Assembly: GCA_022703335.1 (NCBI GenBank)
Contig: JAKLDV010000002.1
Location: forward strand, 1 to 55,772
Reading direction: 5' to 3'
Length of the DNA: 55,772 nt
Source: Elusimicrobiota bacterium
GTDB taxonomy: Bacteria > Elusimicrobiota > Elusimicrobia > FEN-1173
Positions within the stretch are counted from its first letter, which is position 1. The number at the start of each line of letters is the position of its first letter. Below the pieces are notes generated by a model. That model ran no database searches, was not told where the DNA came from, and was given only the letters and a program-made list of their open reading frames with translations. The translations under genes were made by a program, and so were the position numbers. Below, piece by piece: positions 48,808 to 55,772 of the stretch.

Positions 48808-49780
48808 TCAGCAGGACGATGACCGACGCCGTCCAAAGGAGCACCGCCGCCAGGATGGGACCGTCTCGAAGCAGGTCGGTCACCGGATCCTCGCCGCGGC
48901 CGCGGCGATACACCAGAGAAAGATAACGGAACAGACCGAACATCACCATCGGCACGGTAAAAACCAGAGACCGGGTCTTGTGAAGGGTCACCGTGCCCGG
49001 CGCCACGGTGTACAGGGTATAGGCCAGCGCGGTCCCGACGGCGACGACCCCGATCGCCTTGTCCAGGTGATCGACGGTGTAATGGGCCAGCGGTTTTCGA
49101 GCGGAGGCCGGCTGAAAAGCCAGTTCGGCCCGCCGTTTGGCCAGCGCAAGGAAGAGCGTGAGCAATAGGCCGCAGAGGAGGAGCCAAGGGGAGGGGGCGA
49201 TGCCCACCCCCATCGTGCCGGCGGCCAGCCGCAACATGAATCCCGCGACGACGAGGAGCACATCCAAGACGACGATGTGCTTGAGCCCGAGGGAATAAGC
49301 CACGTTTAAGACGGCGTACGCCGAGACGATGACAAGGATTTTGGGCCCGGCCGCGGCCGCCAACGCCAACCCGCCGAGCAGACAGAGGGCCGCGATGCCC
49401 GCCGCCGCTTTGGGCGACAGGGTCCCTGCCGGCAAGGGGCGGCGATGTTTTTTCGGATGCGTCCGATCCACCGCCACATCCAGCAGGTCGTTCAGCGCAT
49501 AAACGAAACTGGCCATAAGACAGAACGCCGCAAAGGATTCCGCCACCCGGAGCACCAGGGGGATGTCCCGCCAGGAGTGCGCGAAGATCAGGCCGGCGAA
49601 AACAAAACTGTTTTTGAGCCAGTGAGAGGGCCGAAGGAGGACGAGCCAGGGCGGGAGACGGGACAGGAGAGGCGCGGCGGGTTGTTCCACGGGGTGCTCG
49701 GGGATGGCGGGCGTATTCACCGCGGGTTCCCCCATGGGATTTTTTGGATTGGGATACAGACGTGTTTTTTCCGGCGGCAT
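48794..49780 (-). CDS. UbiA-family polyprenyl-phosphate phosphoribosyltransferase (decaprenyl-phosphate 5-phosphoribosyltransferase-like)
   Basis: 'LRPSHWLKNSFVFAGLIF' and 'YALNDLLDVAVDRTHPKKHRRPLPAG' (NDxxDxxxD plus the basic patch), with 8-9 TM segments. This is the Rv3806c-type layout. Confidence 0.75.
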   Translation of the reverse strand: MPPEKTRLYPNPKNPMGEPAVNTPAIPEHPVEQPAAPLLSRLPPWLVLLRPSHWLKNSFVFAGLIFAHSWRDIPLVLRVAESFAAFCLMASFVYALNDLLDVAVDRTHPKKHRRPLPAGTLSPKAAAGIAALCLLGGLALAAAAGPKILVIVSAYAVLNVAYSLGLKHIVVLDVLLVVAGFMLRLAAGTMGVGIAPSPWLLLCGLLLTLFLALAKRRAELAFQPASARKPLAHYTVDHLDKAIGVVAVGTALAYTLYTVAPGTVTLHKTRSLVFTVPMVMFGLFRYLSLVYRRGRGEDPVTDLLRDGPILAAVLLWTASVIVLLISAS

Positions 49781-49906
49781 GGTGGCGATTTTATAGCAAA
49801 TTATGACGGGTTTCCGGAACGCCGGCCGAGGGCGCTCCGAGGGCGGATTCCATGCGGCCGGCCGCGGTCTTTCCGTCCGCTTCTTTCATCGGCGCCTTGA
49901 TCTTAT

Positions 49907-50365
49907 CTATCCCTGACGCGGGACACTCGCGCGCTCCAAGGCCTTCGGAAGCTTCATGACGAATCTTTTGATCTCGTCGCGCACTCGCCGATAGTGAGAG
50001 AGGGCCTCTTCCGGCGACCGGGCGTTCGCCGCCAGCCGGGGAGGGTCGTTAAATCCAACGTGAAGCACTCGGGTTTTCCCGGGGAAAAGGGGACAGTGTT
50101 CCTGGGCGTGCCCGCAGACCGTCACCACGTAATCGAACGCGATCCCTTCCAGGTCCCGCACGTTCTTGGGCCGCTGTCCGGCGATATCCACCCCGGCTTC
50201 CGTCATGACCTCCACCGCCCGGGGATCCATCCCGTGAATTTCAATGCCGGCGGAATACGGTTCGATCTCGGCGCCCTTTAAATGGCGCGCCCACCCTTCC
50301 GCCATCTGGCTCCGGCAGGAATTGCCCGTGCAGAGGAAAAGGATCTTGGTTTTCGACGGGTTCAT
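49907..50365 (-). CDS. arsC: Arsenate reductase, LMW-PTPase/thioredoxin-coupled type
   Basis: 'KILFLCTGNSCRSQMAEGW' P-loop with downstream Cys ('VTVCGHAQEHCP'). ATGA overlap with the upstream gene. Confidence 0.85.
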   Translation of the reverse strand: MNPSKTKILFLCTGNSCRSQMAEGWARHLKGAEIEPYSAGIEIHGMDPRAVEVMTEAGVDIAGQRPKNVRDLEGIAFDYVVTVCGHAQEHCPLFPGKTRVLHVGFNDPPRLAANARSPEEALSHYRRVRDEIKRFVMKLPKALERASVPRQG

Positions 50366-51054
50366 GGACCGTTTCGGATGGTCGTGATGGCCATATAAGC
50401 GCCGGCCAGGATGAAGATTCCCGCGGTGGCCCATCGCGCCCAACGCTCGATGCCGCTGAGTCGGTTGTAGGCCTTTCCCAGCGCCCCGCCGCCAAAGGCC
50501 AGGGCCACCGCCACGACGACGGCCGGGATGGCCGTTCCCGCGCCATAAACGGTCGGAAGAAGTGCGATGGAGTTATGCTTCACAGCCAAGGGAATCAAAC
50601 TCCCGAAAAAAAGAGCCGCCGACACGGGGCATAATGACAACGCGAACAAAAAGCCCATGGGGGCCGCGCCCCACAGGCCGCCGCGGTCGACACACCGTTG
50701 AACAAGAGCGCTGAATCGGCCGCCGCCCGAGAAAGAAAAGCGTTCCGCAAAGACCAAAAAAAGACCGGTCAGAACGAGAAGCGGCCCCAGAAGTTGGCCC
50801 ATGCGTCTTTGCAGGAAGAACGAAACGCCTGGGATGGAGAGAAGGCCAAAAACCACGACCGCGCAGAGCATCAGATAGGCGAGCGCGCGTCCGATGGTAT
50901 AAAGAAGCCCGGCCCACAGGACATGGCGGGGGTGCCCCACGAGCCTTCCTATATAGGCCACCGCCGTTACGTTGGCGGCCAGGGGGCAGGGGCTCAACGA
51001 AGTCAGGATCCCCAGCCACAGGGCCGTCGCCCAACTTACAGGGAAAGCATCCAT
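50362..51054 (-). CDS. CcdA/DsbD-family transmembrane thiol-disulfide electron transporter
   Basis: 'LGILTSLSPCPL' in TM1 and a second 'FALSLCPV' motif. About 6 TM segments in 230 aa. Confidence 0.7.
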   Translation of the reverse strand: MDAFPVSWATALWLGILTSLSPCPLAANVTAVAYIGRLVGHPRHVLWAGLLYTIGRALAYLMLCAVVVFGLLSIPGVSFFLQRRMGQLLGPLLVLTGLFLVFAERFSFSGGGRFSALVQRCVDRGGLWGAAPMGFLFALSLCPVSAALFFGSLIPLAVKHNSIALLPTVYGAGTAIPAVVVAVALAFGGGALGKAYNRLSGIERWARWATAGIFILAGAYMAITTIRNGP

Positions 51055-51566
51055 CAACTTCTTTTCAGATAGGAACGCACTTCGTCCTCCACATACCGCC
51101 GGTAGGCGTCTTCGTTCCGCACCTTCTCCCAGATCTTGTCCAGGTTTTTCCAGGTGATTTCTTCCCCGTCGCTGGTTTCGGAGAGCACGACGGATTTCGT
51201 GTAAAGAGCGTAGTCCTTGATGAAATGCGCGTTCCCGGGGTCGTCCACGTTCACCACGCGGTATTCCACCCGCCCCTGTTTGACTTCTTCCTCGAATCGC
51301 GTGTCCATGAGTTCTTTCGTCAGGGTTTCGAATTTGCGACAGGTCATGCACCGGGCGTTCCCGTGGAAATAATAAACGATCAGTTTCCGCGGTTCAGTCT
51401 TTGCCGGGCTGTTTTTCGTTGAGGGTTTCGGGGATTTCCGTGACACCGGACTCGCCCCTGAAACGGGGGAGGCCGCCACTCCCAGAACGAGAGAAACCCA
51501 AAGGAGCCCCCGGAGTGATTTTATGGGCAACATGAGGAACCTCCCGCGCGGCCGCCGGGGCGGCAC
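51054..51566 (-). CDS. Exported thioredoxin-fold CxxC protein (start 51566 or 51533)
   Basis: Signal/anchor 'LRGLLWVSLVLGVAASPVSG', then 'LIVYYFHGNARCMTCRKFE' (CxxC after a beta-strand). Family not named with confidence. Confidence 0.55.
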   Translation of the reverse strand: MPPRRPRGRFLMLPIKSLRGLLWVSLVLGVAASPVSGASPVSRKSPKPSTKNSPAKTEPRKLIVYYFHGNARCMTCRKFETLTKELMDTRFEEEVKQGRVEYRVVNVDDPGNAHFIKDYALYTKSVVLSETSDGEEITWKNLDKIWEKVRNEDAYRRYVEDEVRSYLKRS

Positions 51567-51937
51567 TTGAGAAAAGATTTCGCTTTTTCGGCGACCCGCT
51601 TCACGCGCTCCGGCGTCGCCGGGGATTTCCCTTTTTCAAGCCCCGCGTCGGTCACGCGCATGTGCTGGAACCGCGTCACGCCGGCCTGCTCCATCGTGTT
51701 CTTGGCGCAGTCCAACGGACAACCGTCGATGAGCAAAACGGCGTCCGCGCCTTTCGCCGAAGCCAGAAAACCGCTCAGCCGTCCTCCAATGCCCGCCAAG
51801 CAGGACATTTTCCCGATCCCTTCGCGGGACAAGACCCGGGCGGCCCTGTCGGCGATCTCTCCGGTGTCCGCCGCCCCGGAACAGGGGTAGATCAGCACCG
51901 TGCCCCCGCCGCACCCACAAGAAGATTTTTCTGCCAT
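51521..51937 (-). CDS. DGC-domain putative zinc-binding protein
   Basis: 'CGCGGGTVLIYPCSGAADTGEIADRAAR' and 'VLLIDGCPLDCA' (the DGC motif). Confidence 0.7.
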   Translation of the reverse strand: MAEKSSCGCGGGTVLIYPCSGAADTGEIADRAARVLSREGIGKMSCLAGIGGRLSGFLASAKGADAVLLIDGCPLDCAKNTMEQAGVTRFQHMRVTDAGLEKGKSPATPERVKRVAEKAKSFLKCRPGGRAGGSSCCP

Positions 51938-51946
51938 GAGCGTCTC

Positions 51947-52180
51947 CTATCTCAACAGGTTTTTTATTTCATCAAGGGACGGCAGGCGCCCCGCCGTTTT
52001 GACCGTCCCATCGACCGCCAGCGCGGGCGTCGTCATCACGCCGAAATTCAGGATCTCGTTGATGTCGGTCACTTTTTCCAGGGAATATTCAATGCCCAAT
52101 TCCTTGGCGGCCGCCTCGGAAAGCTCCGTCAGCTTCTTGCATTTGGGACAACCCGTTCCCAGGATTTGGATTTTTTTCAT
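51947..52180 (-). CDS. Small thioredoxin-family protein (redox-active disulfide protein 2 type)
   Basis: 'MKKIQILGTGCPKCKKL...TPALAVDG', 77 aa. Start at ATG 52180 within the longer track ORF. Confidence 0.85.
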   Translation of the reverse strand: MKKIQILGTGCPKCKKLTELSEAAAKELGIEYSLEKVTDINEILNFGVMTTPALAVDGTVKTAGRLPSLDEIKNLLR

Positions 52181-52194
52181 GGGTCCTCCGTCGC

Positions 52195-53175
52195 TCACAG
52201 GATCGCGTTGAACAAAAAGCCCATCGCCATGATGCCGATGATCGTTATGCCGAAAAAGAGCCCCAAGAGCGGCCACCGCATCACTTTCTTGAGAATCAGC
52301 GCTTCCGGGATGGAAATCGTGACGATGGAGGTCATGAAAGTGAGCGCGGTCCCGAGGGGCACGCCTTTGCCCACCAGGGCCTCCATGACCGGAAGAACGC
52401 TGACCGAATTGGCGTAGAAGGGCGCGCCGAGAAGGGTCACCAGGGGGATGCTCCACCACGTTTTCGCCGAGAAATATCGTTCAACGAAGCCCCGGGGTAC
52501 AAAACCGTGGATGAAAGCCCCGATGCCGACCCCCAGCACCATGTAAGGGAAAATCTGTTTGGTGATGGCCATCCCCTCCCGCCAAAAGAGGGAAGCCGTC
52601 CGTCTTAAAGACAAGGGGCCGCCGCCGTGTTCCCGTTCGACCTCTTCCCGGGACTTGATCTTCAACAGGTCCGGCAACACGTAATGTCCAACGTCGAGCT
52701 TCTGGATCAGCAGGCCGCCCGCCACCGCCACGGCGATGCCGAACAGGTTGTAGAACAGGGTGACCCTGAGGCCGAACAGGGCGGGAAAAAGGTAGAGCGA
52801 CGATTCGTTGATGAGGGGCGAACTGATCAGGAAAGAGAACGTCACTCCCAAGGGGATCCCCGCCCCCAGAAATCCGATGAAAAGGGGAATGGACGAGCAG
52901 GAACAGAACGGCGTCACCACGCCCAGAAGCGCCGCGAACAGGTAATCCAAGCCATACCAGCGCCTTTTGGCGAGGATGTTCCGCGTCTTTTCCAGGGGAA
53001 AGTAATACCGGACGATCGCCATGACGTCGTTGATGACGACGAGCAGAAGGCCGATCTTAATCGTGTCATAGATGAAAAAATGCGTCGTCTTCGCCGCGTA
53101 GGAAGAAGGCGCAAAATGAAGCCACTGGTGGGTGGCGATATCCGCGAACAGCTCGATGGGTTTGAATGGATCCAT
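52195..53175 (-). CDS. Permease of the ArsP/DUF318 family (candidate organoarsenical efflux permease)
   Basis: 'GVVTPFCSCSSIPLFIGFLGAGIPLG' with vicinal Cys in a TM helix. Polytopic, 326 aa. Shows the typical pairing with the small thioredoxin gene. Confidence 0.7.
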   Translation of the reverse strand: MDPFKPIELFADIATHQWLHFAPSSYAAKTTHFFIYDTIKIGLLLVVINDVMAIVRYYFPLEKTRNILAKRRWYGLDYLFAALLGVVTPFCSCSSIPLFIGFLGAGIPLGVTFSFLISSPLINESSLYLFPALFGLRVTLFYNLFGIAVAVAGGLLIQKLDVGHYVLPDLLKIKSREEVEREHGGGPLSLRRTASLFWREGMAITKQIFPYMVLGVGIGAFIHGFVPRGFVERYFSAKTWWSIPLVTLLGAPFYANSVSVLPVMEALVGKGVPLGTALTFMTSIVTISIPEALILKKVMRWPLLGLFFGITIIGIMAMGFLFNAIL

Positions 53176-53191
53176 GGACGGTCCGGCGCCC

Positions 53192-54007
53192 TTATTTTTT
53201 GGCCGTCAGGTTGAGGCTGGTCACGAAATCGCTCGGTTTTGTCCCCGGCGGTAGTTTGTCGGCGATATCCCGGTAGAGAGGGTCCGACCATTCGCTCATC
53301 TTGTCGATGTAATCCGATTTGGTTTCGAGAACGACGTTTTTGAGGCCGGCGGCCTGGACCATCGCCTTCGTCTCATCGAGGAGGACCGCGCCGGCGATGC
53401 ATCCCACAAGGGCCTGCACGGAGGAACGGACGCTTTCGGGCAGCGGGCGCCGGAGGGCCAGGTCGGAGACGGCGACCCGTCCGCCCGGCTTGAGCACGCG
53501 CGCCACTTCCCGCCACACGCGGGCTTTGTCCGTGGAGAGGTTGATGACGCAGTTGGAGATCACCACGTCCACGCTGGAATCCTCCACGGGCAGATGCTCG
53601 ATCTCGCCCAAGCGGAACTCGGCGTTGGAGAGCCCGGTCGATCGGCCGAAAGAAACCGCGTTCCGGCGCGCTTTGGCGACCATCTCCGGCGTCATGTCGA
53701 CGCCGATCACGCGCCCCGTCGGCCCCACCTTCCGCGCCGCGATGAACACGTCGAACCCGCCGCCCGCCCCCAGGTCGAGGACGACCTCGCCCGGCCGCAG
53801 GGAGGCCACCGCGGTGGGGTTTCCGCAGGAAAGGCCCATGTTCGCCCCGTCGGGGAGGCCGGCCCGTTCGCCGTCGTCGTAACCCACGGCCTCCGCGACG
53901 TCGTCGGCGGAAGGCCCGCCGCAACAGGACGACGTCCCGCAACAGGAACCGCCCTGTCGGGCGATCTTGCCGTAGGCTTCCCGCACCTTCGTCCGTGTTT
54001 CATCCAT
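53192..54007 (-). CDS. arsM: Arsenite S-adenosylmethionine methyltransferase
   Basis: N-terminal Cys cluster '[13 protein letters not shown]', SAM motif '[13 protein letters not shown]', and a third conserved Cys region 'VISNCVINL'. Confidence 0.85.
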   Translation of the reverse strand: MDETRTKVREAYGKIARQGGSCCGTSSCCGGPSADDVAEAVGYDDGERAGLPDGANMGLSCGNPTAVASLRPGEVVLDLGAGGGFDVFIAARKVGPTGRVIGVDMTPEMVAKARRNAVSFGRSTGLSNAEFRLGEIEHLPVEDSSVDVVISNCVINLSTDKARVWREVARVLKPGGRVAVSDLALRRPLPESVRSSVQALVGCIAGAVLLDETKAMVQAAGLKNVVLETKSDYIDKMSEWSDPLYRDIADKLPPGTKPSDFVTSLNLTAKK

Positions 54008-55079
54008 GACGGTTCTGCCCCTCGATCGATGTGTGGAAATACTTTTTCTGGAAATAGAGGGAGACGTTCACCAGCCCGATGAGGGCGGGCACCTCCACCA
54101 GGGGGCCGATCACCGCCGCGAAAGCCGCCCCGGAGTTGATGCCGAACACCGCCACCGCCACCGCGATGGCCAGCTCGAAATTGTTGCTGGCCGCCGTGAA
54201 GGACAGCGTGGCCGATTTCCGGTAGTCCGCCCCGACTTTTTTGCCCATCCAGAAGCTCACCAGGAACATCACCACGAAATAGATGAGCAGGGGGATCGCG
54301 ATCCGGACAACGTCCAACGGGATGCGGACGATCATTTCACCTTTCAGGCTGAACATGACGACGATCGTGAAAAGGAGGGCGGTCAGCGTGATCGGGCTGA
54401 TTTTGGGGATGAACGTCTTCTCATACCATTCCTTCCCCCCGATCTTGAGCCCGACGATCCGGGTCGCAACGCCCGCGATGAAGGGAATCCCCAGGTAAAT
54501 AAAGACGCTTTCGGCGATCTGCCCCATGCTCACCTGCACCATGCTGCCTTTCAGCCCGAACAGGGGCGGCAACACCGTGATGAAGACATAGGCGTAGGCG
54601 CTGTAAAAAAGGACCTGGAACACGCTGTTGAAAGCCACCAGCCCGGCGGCATATTCCGTGTCCCCCTTGGCCAACTCGTTCCATACGATGACCATGGCGA
54701 TGCACCGCGCCAAACCGATCATGATGAGGCCCACCATGTATTCCGGGTAGTTTCGAAGAAACACAATCGCCAAAACGAACATCAACACCGGGCCGACGAC
54801 CCAGTTTTGCACCAGGGAGAGGCCCAGCACTTTCCAATTGCGGAACACGTCGCCCATTTCCTCGTATTTCACCTTGGCCAGGGGCGGGTACATCATCAGG
54901 ATGAGCCCCGCCGCGATGGGGATGTTGGTCGTGCCGATCTGGAACAGATTGATGAACCGTTCGATGCCGGACACGAAATAGCCCAGGAAGACGCCCGCGC
55001 CCATGCCCAGGAATATCCACAGGGTCAGGTATCGGTCCAGAAAGGAAAGTTTCTTCACAACGCTTTCAGAAGGATTCAC
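54000..55079 (-). CDS. acr3: ACR3-family arsenite efflux transporter
   Basis: '[22 protein letters not shown]', 'RCIAMV' and 10 TM segments. GTG 55079 is preceded by GGAGG. The upstream part of the track ORF overlaps arsR. Confidence 0.85.
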   Translation of the reverse strand: MNPSESVVKKLSFLDRYLTLWIFLGMGAGVFLGYFVSGIERFINLFQIGTTNIPIAAGLILMMYPPLAKVKYEEMGDVFRNWKVLGLSLVQNWVVGPVLMFVLAIVFLRNYPEYMVGLIMIGLARCIAMVIVWNELAKGDTEYAAGLVAFNSVFQVLFYSAYAYVFITVLPPLFGLKGSMVQVSMGQIAESVFIYLGIPFIAGVATRIVGLKIGGKEWYEKTFIPKISPITLTALLFTIVVMFSLKGEMIVRIPLDVVRIAIPLLIYFVVMFLVSFWMGKKVGADYRKSATLSFTAASNNFELAIAVAVAVFGINSGAAFAAVIGPLVEVPALIGLVNVSLYFQKKYFHTSIEGQNRHG

Positions 55080-55100
55080 GGAGGCCTCCGAGGATATATT

Positions 55101-55118
55101 TATGCGCTGTATCGCATA
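55101..55118. promoter_or_regulatory. Inverted repeat TATGCG-N6-CGCATA between arsR and acr3 (candidate ArsR operator)
   Basis: Read directly. Contains TATCGCATAT, which recurs at 55506-55515. Confidence 0.4.
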
Positions 55119-55134
55119 TAGAAGGACAAAAAAA

Positions 55135-55506
55135 TCAGGCGCGGCTTCGCGCGCTTTCGCCGGGTTTGCGGCCCGCCGCCCCGCGCAGGCGGCGGAGGTC
55201 TTTTTGAACGAGGGGGGATTCCTCCCATGCCCGGCCCAGGACCGCCAGGGCCCGGCGCCAGTGGTCCGACAACGAGGAGTTGATCTCATAGTGCGCCCAG
55301 GTGCCTTCCCGCCAGTCGTTCACCAGGCCGGCGCGTTTCATCACCGTGAGGTGGCGCGAAATTTTATATTGCGGTTGTTCCAGCGTCCGCACGATCTCGC
55401 AGACACAGAGCTCCCGCTCCAGAAGGAGGCGGAGGATCCGGAGCCGGAGAGGGTCGGCCATCGCGGAGAGGCGGGCGGCCGCCCCGTCCTTTCTTATATG
55501 CACCAT
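55135..55506 (-). CDS. arsR: ArsR/SmtB-family metalloregulator
   Basis: '[50 protein letters not shown]' is a winged HTH carrying the 'ELCVCE' metal-site motif. Confidence 0.9.
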   Translation of the reverse strand: MVHIRKDGAAARLSAMADPLRLRILRLLLERELCVCEIVRTLEQPQYKISRHLTVMKRAGLVNDWREGTWAHYEINSSLSDHWRRALAVLGRAWEESPLVQKDLRRLRGAAGRKPGESARSRA

Positions 55507-55515
55507 ATCGCATAT
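55496..55515. promoter_or_regulatory. Inverted repeat ATATGC-N8-GCATAT overlapping the arsR start codon (candidate ArsR operator)
   Basis: Read directly. Shares the 10-mer TATCGCATAT with the 55101-55118 site. Confidence 0.4.
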
Positions 55516-55642
55516 TATAGCACGCGCGATCCGGCGATGTCAATTTTTTGAGCGACGAGTGGTCTGCCCGCGGGCATCTTAGGTAAAATATGTCGGACGG
55601 GCGCGTTTCCGGCCCCACAGTTCAGACAGGAAGGAGTCGGCC

Positions 55643-55772
55643 ATGAATTTGAACACGAAGAATAAGGAAAAACCGGGGATGTGGAAAGGGATCCTTGTCT
55701 TTCTGGTTTTGGCGGTCGCCGTGTTGTGGGTGTTCCGGGCGGACAGCCGGGATTTCACCTCCTTCTTTTCTT
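55643..55772 (+). CDS. Hypothetical membrane-anchored protein, N-terminal fragment running off the right edge
   Basis: RBS AAGGAG 7 nt upstream of ATG 55643. 'MNLNTKNKEKPGMWKGILVFLVLAVAVLWVF' is a TM helix. Frame is open to the window end. Confidence 0.4.
   Translation, partial: MNLNTKNKEKPGMWKGILVFLVLAVAVLWVFRADSRDFTSFFS

Noticed and set aside
54000-55289. Full 429-aa track ORF for acr3, extending through arsR
   Set aside because: The first 70 codons overlap arsR in another frame and are Arg/Ala-rich. GTG 55079, preceded by GGAGG, gives the usual ACR3 N-terminus.

Overview
This is a high-G+C bacterial chromosomal segment, above 60% G+C by eye. Positions 1-4592 are visibly lower in G+C (about 45-50%) and form the right end of an integrative element. 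That element carries a DUF5131/Gp37-Gp68 protein, a primase-polymerase, a PC4-like protein, an excisionase and a tyrosine integrase. It abuts a minus-strand tRNA-Glu, and the integrase ORF ends inside that tRNA. The next 0.8 kb is a tRNA hot-spot with tRNA-Lys(UUU), an 18-bp direct repeat of the tRNA-Lys 3' junction, and degenerate tRNA-like relics.

The rest is mostly housekeeping: macro-domain protein, hisG, gltX, glnS, tRNA-Gln, a PAS histidine kinase, gdh, a PorV-like protein with an S8 peptidase, permeases, msrB/A, a DUF255 thioredoxin-domain protein, typA, an RND pump with a TolC-like protein, and endonuclease Q. A kimA-like K+ transporter sits behind a clear c-di-AMP (ydaO-type) riboswitch.

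Two accessory blocks stand out.
1. 38.9-49.8 kb: a tight same-strand array of four paralogous ~560-aa GT-C/ArnT-PMT-like polytopic membrane proteins interleaved with two B12-binding radical SAM enzymes. It converges on a UbiA-family polyprenyl-phosphate phosphoribosyltransferase. I regard this as the best candidate for an undescribed envelope-glycan system.
2. 49.9-55.5 kb: a nine-gene ars operon (arsR, acr3, arsM, ArsP-like permease, small thioredoxin, DGC zinc protein, secreted CxxC protein, CcdA-like protein, arsC) that embeds a transmembrane thiol-disulfide relay.

No CRISPR array, rRNA or transposase was seen. All functional calls rest on motif and family recognition by eye from the supplied translations, with no database search. 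Start codons marked uncertain are genuinely uncertain.
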